NCBI RefSeq assembly: GCF_037042905.1 | Contig: NC_087245.1 | Location: 26,290,001-26,354,000, forward strand | Origin: Lytechinus pictus | Taxonomy: Eukaryota | Direction: 5' to 3' | Length of the DNA stretch: 64,000 bases | Position numbers and translations under genes: made by a program | Notes under the pieces: generated by a model | The model's database searches: none | The model's input: the letters and a program-made list of their open reading frames with translations, nothing else | What the model was told of the DNA's origin: nothing | In this document: positions 13,898 to 26,500 of the stretch, one piece after another | How positions within the stretch are numbered: the first letter of the stretch is position 1 | Layout: each line of letters starts with the position of its first letter

Positions 13898-14873
13898 TAA
13901 AACAATGAGTATAGTTACAAAATGAAGCCCATAATTACCCTCTTTTATATTACATACATGTACCACATTGAGCGACTGGATGAAATTCAGATCATCTTTT
14001 TTAAAGAAATGCAAGTATTACTTAGTGTATATCTGAATTCATAATAAACATAGAGTAAATAGTTGTGGAGTAAAATAAATATTGATTTAGGATCCTTTCA
14101 TGTCTGCTACCTATTAGATCTAGCAACAATTAGTCTGTGGCTCAAAAAGTGGGTAGGAGACAAATGACAATTGAGCCAATTGGTGAATAGAAAAAATATG
14201 TAGAACAATAGGCTTAACTAAAACCAGTTGATATTCTATCAATTTGGTGCAATCTTAGCCACTGTGGTGTTAAAAGAAATGTGAGTTAGACCAAATATTT
14301 GACTAAGTAACAATATAGCATAAGTATTATCTCCCACCAATGACAAGATATGGTAATTCAGATCTTTGTCCATGTAATCGACCGAATGATATTCATTTTC
14401 ATGTAGTGTAATTCCAATACGCGTCATTGAGAATCTGACCAGTTCTGCCATCTTTGCTAAATCTAGAATTTCCTGGGATATTATAAGACGGTCTCATGAC
14501 GGAGGTAGTCTGTGTATGACAAGGTAGATCAATGTCAATTAGTCGCTGGCTATAAATGTTTCATCAATTAAAAAAGTTTACATGCAATATCGCCTTCACC
14601 ACATAGATTCCAGTTATGAGTTTCAGCAATGGCTGTCCTTCTTTAATACTGGTCACATGATCATGTTAGTCACATGACAAACGCATGTTAATGTCATCAG
14701 TTGTGCTGCCATCCAGCATTCACAATGATCCTCTTACTCAAAACGTCTTTCACTGCTGACATCGAATAGCATCTTCGTTTTCATAAGTGAGCATTCGTAC
14801 TGAGAGAAATATCCTCAAAATGGTTGCAATGATCATGAGTGAAGTGATGTGACAACAGCTGAGCGAACAAGTT

Positions 14874-17800
14874 TTAGTCCCACGATATGAGGTCCTGGAC
14901 TACAGCTTCTTTCAATGGGCTATCTTTCTCTGGTGTGAAGAGGGATGGCGCCTGACCCAATCCAAGCCCCAACGAACTCTGTTTACAATGAAAGTCAAGA
15001 ATAATTGAATTAGGATTTCATTTAATAGCAACTTCCAGAAAGAGAAACCCACAAACTCAGGGCAAAATATCACTTGAGTTTCAGTCTTGCCCAGTGGCAA
15101 ATCTCATATTGGATAAGCTTCTGAGTATCCAGCAACAATATTCTACTTTTACTGTTTCTCATTTCGAAGAAACATTTAGTATTCAGGGTGACAAATTTTT
15201 ATTTTTTCAGCTTTGAAATATTATATTCCTTGATGTAAATCAAGTAATAAAACCCTTAACACCAATTAATTTAGAGCTTGTTTGAAGATTATGACACAGA
15301 ATACTTTATTTCAAAGAAAAGAGGTAAACTCCCAGTGCACTTCAAAAGAAAATATTAGATCCCTGTATGTGGAATATAATGCCTGAAACGGCCAGAAATG
15401 GTATAAGGTGCCAGAGCCTGCAATGAATCAGGTAGAAGCCTGAAGACTCGCATCTTTGGTCTTACCTTTCTTGTCCTTCTCCTGAGTGGACTGCACAGGT
15501 TGGTTACGGGAGCATCCATCATATTGGCCCTCTTCTGAAGAGCTGGACTACAATGATTGGATCCCGGACTGGACATGATGGTCATCTTCCTTAGGGCTGG
15601 ACTACACATCGTGGATGCAGGACTGGCCATTGCACTGGACCTCTTCAACAAGGCTGGACTGCGTGTGATGTGTGCTGGGCTGGCCATTGCACCGGTCTTC
15701 TTTAACAAGGCTGGACTGCGTGTGGCTAGTGCTGGACTAGCCATGATGTTGGTCATGGTCTGAAGAGCTTGACGGCTTAATCCATCTGGAATGGTCATAA
15801 ATTGATAAAAGAAATGGTTGTATCGATATACAAAGCTAGTTTATAAGGACCAGCTTACTACACCTTTGATGGTGAAGAGTAGTTACATATCCCATAGTTT
15901 CTTTAATTTTTAGTCTTGCCTAGCCTGGGGGGCATTATGCCCCCCAACCTTTGATCTTGGCCGCTTAACTTCACTAACATATTACAAGCAGTAAATGTAA
16001 GTCTGCTGGTATCAACTACTTATGGGTAGTGTTTTACAATGAGTTATGGTAAGTGTGACTCAGAGTCATGCTTAAATGCCAATGAACAGAAGTTATTTAA
16101 CACATAATCTGATTTATTGATAAAGGGTAGTGCGCGTCCTGTGCCTATGATCTGACCAGAGATGCCAACTTTTGGAAATCAGAATTAGGGAGGATTTGCA
16201 ACCGACACCAAATTATGTGCGCGTAGCGCACATCTCGAGCGCGGAGCGCTCGACCCTTGCGACCGGGGTGCAGGGCCCACCTTAGGGCCGTGGAAGCTCT
16301 GGGTTTCTAGATGCTCTCTGGTGCAATCTAACCCTTATTTTGGGGCTTTTCACATGTTTAAAAAAAAACATTGGTCCCACTTGTTTTACATGTAAAGAAA
16401 TGAGGGGACAGTAGTTTTTAGAAGAAAAGTACCTGTTCAACAATAATAATGAGGAATTATCCTCTTTATTATTATTAAAGCGCGGGTAACGTCTTCCTCC
16501 TCGCTGGTCCCTTGCTTGGTGAAATAAGTCAACAGGGTACTAGTGGAGCTCGAAGATCTCGTCTTCGCAATGTCCGTATGCCGTTTGCTCCCTACGTGCT
16601 TCCGAATATCATCACGACCTCCGTGCTCAACTGAAACGTCCACGCTGCAAATTGTGCAAAATGCATGGTAAATTCCTCTTTCCGACTTCCGAATACATGG
16701 GTACTGGAGACTGTATTCAGTCTTATACTTCTGAGACAATTTCTTGGTCTTCTTTTGTTGATTTTCCGCCATTTCGTGTCAATATCAACCCATCAATACT
16801 CCGAAATCACACACCGATATTCCACCGCACGACTCGACAAATCCAGCGGCAGCGAGCGCACACGCCTCGCGAAGCTAGCCGGGCCTACCGGCCTGGTGCA
16901 CAGTGGATTCCCGTTGGGCACATCACATGCACCAGCTTTTCGCTGCTCCTTATTTGTCTGCCTTTCACACAGAATTTAGTAGCAGCGAACGTAATGGAGT
17001 TACTACATGCTAAAGTTAGCAGACGATACATGTACTTCCAATCCAATTTGATCAATGCAAAAAAAATCGTAATTTCGGGAGGATAAGGATGGTAATCGTA
17101 AGGGCGGGAGTTGGGATGAATTTTCGGGAGCCTCCCGATGAAATCGGGAGGGTTGGCATCTCTGATCTGACCAACGCAGTGATCTATTACATACCGCATG
17201 CTACTGAAATTTAAGTGCGACTCGAAGTGACACTTCAAAGCTTTGTTGAACACCCCCAGATATCACATGAAATAGAAGTAACGAAGTAAGATAAAGGGTG
17301 GCCATCAACTACATACCTTCACGCAGCTCCTTGGTCTTGACGGGCGTGGCTTTTCTGGCCGGACTCTCAACTTTGAAGAATCCCCCTTGGAAGACAATCT
17401 TCTCTGACTCTGCCTTTCGTGTCGCTTTGGCCTGCATGGCTGCTTTGGCGGCTAGTAGTCTCTCCCTGGCAGCGATACGCTTGGCGGCAGCATCACCTCC
17501 TGCTGGCTTCTTGCTGACTGGCTTCTTCTTCTGTAAACATGGTGATGAAGGAAAATGGATGGGGTATACTCCTTCAGAAATAATTGGCCATTTATGATTT
17601 CATTTGAGGGATACAGTTTTAAAGATACCATGCCAAGGGGTACCAGCTACATGAAGATGTACTTCCATTGGTTGATCTAATCATTCAAAACATTTAATAA
17701 TTTGTTGATAATAGAGGAATAGTTGTGTCAGAGATAATATATTGGTAGTACAGTTTACAAAGATAACATAACTTTTACAATTCTAAGATAATTAGTGAGC

Positions 17801-20800
17801 TTATTATCTTACCGAGATAAGACAAAATATATTAGGAAAAAATTGCAATTTTCAGAATACCACGGGGGAAGAACATGCATATTCCATGTGCTGTGTTTTT
17901 TTAGAAGCCAAAAGTGATATCTCTTACCTTAATCACCTTTGGTTTGGCCACCTTTTTCTCCTCTCTCTTCCAATTATTTTCTTTTAATTTCTCAAGTTCT
18001 TTGAATAATGCATCCACATCCTCCACCTAAAGAAAAGAAAATCATCATTTAAACAATCATTTGTCTTTGATCCAACTGAACTCAGTCTAAACGTCCATTT
18101 CTAACATTTTTATTATATCTGTCCCAGGTTCTGACCCCATGCATTTCATATTTGTCTTTTTAAACACATCTTTGAAATTGTCCACTTTTAGTGTGTCCTG
18201 GTGAGTTGTTGATTCAACTCCCATCCGTTTTAGGCTTAAACAGCCATAATTTCTTATCCACTGTGTGGAATGACTAATTGGAACTGTTTTACTTTTGATT
18301 TAAATCTATCCAGGGAAGGGCTATTTACAATTGAAAAAGGGAGGTTAGTCAAGTCCCTATGATGTTCAAGAAGAAAGAATCATGAAAACCCCTAGCCTAG
18401 TGGCGAATCTGATGGAATTTTTGGTTGTTCCCCCTTGTAGATATTTTATTTGACTCCTTTCATTCATCCCATTCCAATAAAAGGATTGGATTCCCCTTTG
18501 GGAATGTTACTGACCTGGAAGTAAATCATTTCCCAGAATCCTTCTAGGTCAGAGCAATGGGTGACCTTCTCACCAAGTCCAAATTCACAGTTCTTGACAA
18601 GTCCTAGGAACTGTTTGAAGCGCTGGTCAATCAGCAGTTTTGCCTTGCCGATGGCACTGCGGACCTCACCACACACTGAACAGAGATACAAGAGACAAAA
18701 TGAAGAAATGTCAATATAACTAGAGGTTATTTCAAAATAGCATAGGCATTTGCATCCTACTACATCCCTTCAGAAAATGGAACAATTAACTCCAGACAAG
18801 AGGCTATGTATTCATACAATCACCAGCAGAGTGTCTTCATCAACATTTGTTGTCTTTACAAGTTGTCAGGGCCCGTCTTACAAAGAGTTATGATTGATCC
18901 GATCAATCGCAACTACGGAAAGCCAGCAACGTCAACATCTAAAATGCATGTTTGTCCAAAATATTTTCTAGAAATTACATATATTCAGACATTCACTGTT
19001 TTCTTGACCATTCAGTTTGCTTCTCTCTGTTTTCAAAGGACATTGGGCAAATTTCCTTAAAAAAGAAAAAATTATGATATTGATGGATTTCCATATACTT
19101 GAGCTTGATCGGATCAATCGTAACTCTTTGTAAAATGGGGCCCTGATCTGACAAATTTCATTGATTTTGATTGGCTGAAAGTCACAGGTGCCTCACTGTT
19201 AATAACTGACAGATCCTTTTGTGAAACCCTCTCCAGAGGACAGTATCATATCTCCTCTGTTTTCAGTTTTCCTGCCTATTGTTTTATTTTTCTTGCAATG
19301 TCAACCCCCCTCTGGATGTGCTGCCCTGGGCCCCGTCTTACAAAGAATTACGATTGATCCGATCAAAATTCAAGTATATGGAAATCCATCAATGTCATAA
19401 TTTTTCTTTAGGAAATTTGCTAATGTCCTTTGAAAACAGAGAGAAGCAAACGGAATGGTCAAGAAAACTGTGAATGTATGAATATACATAATTTATATAG
19501 GTATGTTACAAAAAAAATTAAAATCATGGAAACATCATGAAACTGATCTCATTGAATAGAGCTTGCAAAAACCTTTAATTTGATACCTTACTCATCCCTA
19601 TATGTTTTAGATTAAGGAAGTTATGCTAATTTATAGGCAAAAATTTGCATATTGACACTGCATTCATTTCCTATGTAGACAACCAAAAACTGTGATCGAG
19701 AACACGCTATTGAAGAATGAAAATGGTCATAACTTTCTTCAGGATAAAGAAATCCATCTGAAATTTTTACCATTAGTAGAGTGAAATATCTGCTACCAAA
19801 TACATTTGTCTGTCTTGATAGATTATTTTGGGAAAGACTGTTGATACATAATTAATGACATAAGATCGTTCGATCGCCACTCACAGCATAGTGCAAGTTC
19901 ATGTATTAGTACGTAGCATTCGGGTACAGCGTAGACGTAGTGACCGTACAAGAGTTACTGCCGATCCATGACATGCACCAATGTCGCTTCAAAAAATGAT
20001 AGTTGGAATCGTCAAATTTCGATAAGATTTCACATGAGCACTAATTAAAAGATAAATAATCATCCTATATACCTTTTATCTCGGTCCAATACCCCGGTCA
20101 TGGAATTTGAACGGGCTGAACTTTCACTTCACTTTGTCTTCGTCGACTTATCGCAAGCATAAATTGTCTCAATATAAATCAGATACCAAATTGAAGAGGA
20201 AGTTTTCAACATTCTAAAAACTAGTATCCGATGTATTAAGGCCACCGCACACCTTACGACCCGACTGGTCGGCGACTGGCTTGCGACTGAGTGAGGGGAA
20301 ATGAATCGCAAGGTAGTCATAAGCCTCGACACCGCACACCTTGCGATCCGATCTGCGACTCACGCATGCGCTTTTTGCTTTTTGGCATAGCAACTGAGAA
20401 AGTGCGCTTACTACTGCGTATGCGCGTTGTTTATCATATACCCGTCGTGCAACTCTACTGTCTGATTGGCTGGAAGTTGGATTGAGCTTGCGATCCAGTC
20501 ATAAGGATTCGACATGTCAAATCCTTCCGATTTTCCTTGCGACTTGTGTCTGACCGGTCTGCGACGCGCAAGCTGACAAGAGCCGTGACGTCACATCTCC
20601 CCTCACTCAGTCGCAAGCCAGTCGCCGACCAGTCGGGTCGTAAGGTGTGCGGTGGCCTTTAGAAGTACATTTAACCACTGAGAAAGCTCCATTTTCAGGG
20701 GATTCCCCGTCCATCTCGCACCCATATGCACGCACAGACAGTGACAGAAATTTCGCTGCCGCGATGCGGGGATTGCGACATACCTAATTTATAGAAAATA

Positions 20801-23800
20801 TTTTGGACAAACATGCATTTTAGATGTTGACGTTGTGGCTTTCCATAGTTGCGATTGATCGGATCAATCGTAACTCTTTGTAAGACGGGCCCCTGGAGTC
20901 CACCTAACTGACAAAGCAACCTATAGTTTGATTTGAAGATTTACCTTCTTCTGATAAGTCACTATCAGACAAGATGTTCTCCCAGACGCTGCACCGGTCA
21001 AGAAGTCTTGTGGTCTCGAATGATACCAAACTCTTGAAGTAGGGTACATCTTTCTCAGAGGGTGAGGTAGCTGTATTCTCAGGTTTACTGGCAATTGTAC
21101 GTAAAGATGAAATTAAGTTTACAATAGACCTATCCACAATTGCATTCTCTGCCTGAGCAGTACGAGATCATTCAAGATAAAACATCAAGGTGGTTTTCAT
21201 ATTCATTGACATATTAAAGCATTTGTGATTTGATGAATCCATATGTAGATGTAACTCTTTCTTAGTCAATTCTCTTGAGACAGGAAATTTTACTTCGGAT
21301 AGGTAACACGTCTTATATAATCTAGACCAAAAACTTGCTTTGAATTAGGTAACTATTCAACTTAAAGAAGGTGGACTTATTTAGAGTTGATTGTATTCCT
21401 TTTAAAATATTCTTTTAATCACATTCACTGAAGAGTAGCATAATCATTGGTATCTGACAGTAGCTAAAACGACAGTCAATCTGCCAAAAGTGGACAATAC
21501 AACAAACGATTTGGAAAGTTGATCACTGACATACTATTTTAGTTCTGATGACCGACATGCTATTCTAGTCTGGTCTATGCCATCTCTTTCTTTCTTAGAA
21601 TATGAATATCAAAGGATGCTTTGTAGGAAAACCTTACCCAACACCTTCATTTGAAAGTGTTAGTTCTCATCCTAAGGACAAATGGGAAAGGTCATTTGAG
21701 AAAACTTGATCATGAGCTAACTGCAAACTGGCTTTAGGTTGCGTGTTTAATTTCCTGTATTTTGAAATAGCTTGACTCGGTTTTCATATCTGGGATTCAG
21801 CACAGATATCACTGGAGTTTAGCTTACAGTATAAAATGTTGGTTAACAGACTGTTTGGCAGCTAAAATTTCAAAAGGGCTATTAACAAAAGGACACTGTT
21901 CTTCCAATATCAAATAAATTTTCACCTCTCTTCTGGTGCTATTGACATAGGCTCTACAGACATGATCTCCTCTCGGTCAACAGTTTCAACTTTTACTGAG
22001 TCTCCCGTTTCCATGGCAATCTCTTCCTGAGGCAGTGGTATCCTGAATGCACAAACAAAAAATTGATGAAGATGCAATTAAAAAAATATGGTGTCATATA
22101 CAAAAGGAATACATTGCAGAACGGTAAAAATAAAAAGGGAGAAAAAATACATTTAAGATAAGAAGTCATTAAATGTTGTGGCGTGAGTTTTTCACATTGA
22201 CAAGCGTTACAATACAATTAGAGTTGATGGAGTCATTCACTCACTATTTCTTTTGTATCTTATAATATCTGGGGATAACTCATGACAATAAAGAAGCTCT
22301 CCATTGAATAATATAAAGTTGCAGTAATGAGAATTTCAAATATTTCGGGTGAAGTCAAGCCATGTTTTACAATTGAGGCACAAACAGTGATGTTTTGATT
22401 TTTCTCTAAAAAGGGCTCTTGTAAATAATAGATATTTTATGAATAATATATAAAGATTATATCCTGAAATTGTCCTACCTCTTGTTTTCCTCAATCGCTT
22501 GCGTTTCTGTCGCTGGTCTCTTGCTTTCTTCAAGGTTTACAGGGTCACATGACTTTATTTCCATGGCAACATCTTCCTCCTCTGTGATGTTAGGTTGAGG
22601 AGGAATAAGCTCTCGTCCTGGCGTCTGTTCTAGTTTTCTCAGCGGCCTCAGTGAGTAAGGTGTTGAGCATCTGCGCTGAGATGGGGTGAGCTTCGTGTTC
22701 GACTTCACAGAAGGAAAGAGGAAAATGGACGCACTGGCAGGGCTGATCGGCGTGAAGGGGAGTTCTGGTACATCCATACGGAAAGTGAATCCACCTGGTT
22801 TACCAAATGTGTCAGTGAGCAGGGATGGCCCGCTCTTGGTCACTGTAAAGGTGGCTTCATCTGAAAGATAAATGGATTGATTTGATGACGAGGTAAAGAT
22901 TACACTCGGTAATGGCAGATAATTATTGTACATCAGTAGAAGAGTTCCCCATCCTGCATACTTGCAAATAAGCCAAATATTAGATAAAGTAAAACAAGGA
23001 AGGGGATAAAAAGGATCAACTGTGTGACATATGAAGAGAGGGCCAAATGCCATCATCTTTAAAAGGCCAAGTCAACCCCAATAAGGACAACTAGTGGAAA
23101 ATCCGAAAAGTATAAAGCTGAATTACCCCCCCCCCCCTACAGAAATCAAGGTAGGATAGTAAAATTGTCAAATATGCCTCACTAATTTCGATAAAACTTA
23201 AAAGCAATTTTAAAAATTGCAATCCTGAATCTCCATTTCTTATCGAATTTGTTTGCGCCAATGGTATTTGGTGTTGGCTTCCCTCAAGGAACTCACCTAT
23301 CTGTGCGGGTTCTACATCAACCTCTGCAGCAGTGTCCTCAACAATTGTATTCTCCTTCTCCTCCTCCTCCTTCAGTGGAGCCACTTTCTCGACCACTGGA
23401 GCTGCTCTCTTGGCCGCTGGAGTTGCTTTCTTTGCTGCTGGAGCAGTTTTCTTGCCAACTGGAGCAGTCTTCTCCTGCACCTTAGTCCCTCTGGTGGAGC
23501 GACCGTTCTGGGGAGGGGCTGGTTTAGACGCCAAACGAGTGGAGTGCCTGGTGGATGGGGCACGCTCAGAAGTGACTGATCTTGTGCCTGGCATCTTGGA
23601 TGGGGCTGGGGCTTTGGTCGTTGGAGGGGGAGGCCCTCTCCTACTTCTGGTAGATGGAGCAGGATCCTGAATAACATTTGAAGGAAGATTGAGCAGGGGT
23701 CGGCAAAGTGGTTAAAGAATTATTTCAAGTTGGGTCAGATCCTCCCAATAGTACATGTCACTAGTCCAATTTAGTACTCAATTATATGAGTGTGTCTGAT

Positions 23801-26500
23801 GTGGAGGATATTTAAATTTAAAGAGTCTTTTAGATCAATCTTTAAAGTATAGTGGTAGGTGGTGATCTCAAGAAACCATTACTCAGAAAAAAAATGCATA
23901 AATTATTTTTTGTCTTACAAAAACCAGACCTGTGCTTTAACTTTTGCATTTATTTGTACAAATGGTGATCTTTCCATGAACATATGAAGTTGTCATCATT
24001 GATTCAGTGAAATGGTAAGTCTCAAAGAAATTATACATTGCCAATATCCGTTCCTGTTGGTTAAAACAGAAACCTCATCAAAATGAAAAAAAAAGTCAGA
24101 AAATATCATAATTGGTACTAAGTTAGAACTGCTAGGTATTAATTACTTATCATAAAAAAGTATTCATTACTTACAGGTTTCTTGACAGGTGCACTCCTTG
24201 TTGATGACCTTGTAGTCCTTTGAGGAACCGGTGAAGGTTTGCTGATAGGTTTCTACAGTGGAAGACAATTAGATCTCAAGTTTAATAAGTCCTAGACATA
24301 TTTGCATAAGTCTGTGACGTCACACTATTCAAGTGGGGGGGGGGGGTGAGACAATAGATCATCCCTCCTCCCCCGGAACAGTAGGTTCACCAATTGGATT
24401 TACGCCAGTGGTAATAGATAATGTGGAGTTTTACGATCATGTACAATTTTTTTTTAATTCTTAAAAGTTCACCCTGACGAGTTGGTTCAAATAAAAGCAG
24501 AAAAATTTAAGAGAAGGTTTGGTGAAAATATGTCAAAGATTAACAGAGTTATGAGTTTTTATTTTTCTTACACGTTTTTTTTTGTGAGGTCGCAGACGGG
24601 CAGCTCCTTCCAAGAAGGTCATTAAAAAAAGTGATTTTATTCAAGAAGTGGATATCATATGACACATTTCATAACCCATTTTATAATATATTTTCATTCA
24701 TGTTCCATTAAAAAATGGAATTTATAGAATTTATATATTCCATGAAATGTGGGGGAGCTGCTTGCAGATGACCTGACATCATGACCATACAGATGAATTA
24801 CCCTATATCAAATATCTATTGGGACCACAAATACCTAATTAAATTAGATGAGAGATACAATTTCTATGCAAAATCACAAAATCTATCATGTGAAACACAT
24901 TTTTTCCTCAACATTATACTCTTTTAAAGCAGACACTTTCATACAACCTAGTAATGAATTCAAACAGTGATATGCACTTGGGGGATTCACCAAAAATTAA
25001 AAATGGGCTTTACTACTTACTGTTGCTGGCTTTGACTTTGATTTGGTAGATGACGGGTACAGAGTGGAAGCATCTTGGTGGGCGACATTCTTGGACACCC
25101 GAAATACCTTTCAAAAATTATTAATCAGATTCATTCATTCGCATTCTAGTAATTAAATTGCCAAATACTGAGAAATGAGAACAAAATAGATCCACAATTT
25201 TATTACATTTTTTTAACATCATAATTATGGACAACTCTACTTGATTATGTGTGTACAATTTATCAATTTGACAAAAGGGTCGTAACTCCCCAGCCCCAAA
25301 CATTCACATCCACTCTAAAAAATAATAGCAACATAAGTGCCAACTTTTCAAAATGAAAAGTATTACTGAAACAAAGAAAAAAAAAATCTTATTCTGGGGC
25401 AATTACACACATACCTTAAAAGAATCTGATTTTTGCTCAATTCTGCTACTTTGAATAATAAAATAAATCATTCAGGTGTGTGATAATGACAGTCAAACCG
25501 TAGTTCTCTGTGAATTTTATTCATACCTGAGATTTGGCTTTACTAGCCATCTGCTTTTTCTTCATCTCTTTTTCCTCTTTCCATTTCATCAGTTTTTCTC
25601 TCCTAGTCATCCCAGCGGGAGGTACGGCTGTCTTTCCAACAGGAGCTGGAGCGTGTTTTGAATGGTCTGAAGATGATTTATTGTGCACTCCATTACCTAT
25701 AGGTAAAATATTTCATATTTCATATCATGAAAAACAAAAGAAATAGTGAGTGGATGTTATCAATCCCCTCATTTGCATACCAACCACTATGTACTGTTTT
25801 GTGAAATTAAGCAAAATCTTAAAATGTCATAACTTCCTTATTTTGTATCCAATTTTGATAAAACTTTCATCAAAATTGTTATGCTTGTTGGATTTTTCTC
25901 TTTTTATTCAAATCAACTTTTTGTTGGTGTGAAGTCATCCATTAATAACAAATATCAGAATAAATAGTTTTAGGAAATAAACATTGAACCAATTTTTCCC
26001 CAAAATATATTTCAACATGAAGTAAAAACAAATCGAAACAAATTTCAAAAGAACTATTTCCCTCATAAAAAAAACACAGATGGAAAGTGTTTGTTTGAGT
26101 AACACTGACCCCCCCAAAAAAAAAAAATGAGATACATGTATTTCTCAACTTAACATTCATTCATGAATATAATCTTGAAAAAAAAATCAATCCTTATGGC
26201 CTGTACATGAGCATGTAAACCTTCAACAACTCTACACTACAGGATATAAGGAATCCAAAACAATCTTTGATTACTTTTTTTGGCTTTTGGAGGAGCAGCG
26301 ACCGGTGGTGGCATGGCCGTCTTTACTCCATCAACCTCCTTGACTGGAGAGAAGGCCAAATCTTCCATGCTTCCCATTACTCTATTATCCATGAAGCTCA
26401 TCCCTCTGATATTCCTCTGGTCAATCGAGCGTCTGTGGAGCCGGGCAAACTTGGCATCCACAGTGGAGCCCCTCTTCTTGAAGTAATCTGCTCTGTCCAT
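14874..26500 (-). CDS. DLGAP5: DLGAP5/HURP (mitotic spindle microtubule-associated protein with GKAP domain), 13 coding exons, 823 aa
   Basis: Exons (minus strand) 26500-26275, 25696-25527, 25107-25021, 24252-24175, 23666-23297, 22860-22479, 22042-21926, 21087-20945, 18675-18515, 18026-17928, 17530-17317, 15785-15466 and 14978-14874 sum to 2472 nt in one open frame. Recognisable motifs: N-terminal RREKLMKWKEEK..VFRV, GKAP domain VRSAIGKAKLLIDQRFKQFLGLVKNCEFGLGEKVTHCSDLEGFWEMIYFQVEDV, then ARERLLAAKAAM and IVFQGGFFKVESP. Confidence 0.92.
16157..17164 (-). mobile_element. Internally deleted hAT-like DNA transposon retaining the N-terminal zinc-finger ORF, in a DLGAP5 intron
   Basis: TIR CAGAGATGCCAAC at both ends and a 7-bp TSD ATCTGAC (16150-16156, 17165-17171). 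ORF 16772-16437 contains FCTICSVDVSVEHGGRDDIRKHVGSKRH, a BED-like C2H2 finger typical of hAT transposase N-termini. Confidence 0.8.
18869..19142. mobile_element. Harbinger-like MITE (GGGCCCGTCTTACAAAGAG family)
   Basis: TIRs gggcccgtcttacaaagagttatgattgatccgatcaa / ttgatcggatcaatcgtaactctttgtaaaatggggcc. Confidence 0.75.
19498..20786. mobile_element. Non-autonomous TIR element (TAGG termini, 7-bp TSD), hAT-like
   Basis: TAGGTATGTTACAA ... TTGCGACATACCTA, flanked by ATTTATA at 19491-19497 and 20787-20793. Confidence 0.7.
20239..20658. mobile_element. Young PIF/Harbinger MITE (TTA TSD, ~60-bp perfect TIRs)
   Basis: TTA|AGGCCACCGCACACCTTACGACCCGACTGGTCGGCGAC ... GTCGCCGACCAGTCGGGTCGTAAGGTGTGCGGTGGCCT|TTA. 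Confidence 0.88.

Larger units (their letters stand above)
19329..20892. mobile_element. Second, inverted copy of the same MITE (CTG TSD), split by nested insertions
   Basis: CTG|GGCCCCGTCTTAC ... GTAAGACGGGCCC|CTG. The two halves rejoin across the duplicated ATTTATA. Confidence 0.8.

Noticed and set aside
15355..15465. Read-through of the DLGAP5 repeat exon as the true C-terminus
   Set aside because: A strong AAG|GTAAGA donor at 15466 joins in frame to the 14978-14874 exon. A read-through isoform cannot be excluded but has no support.
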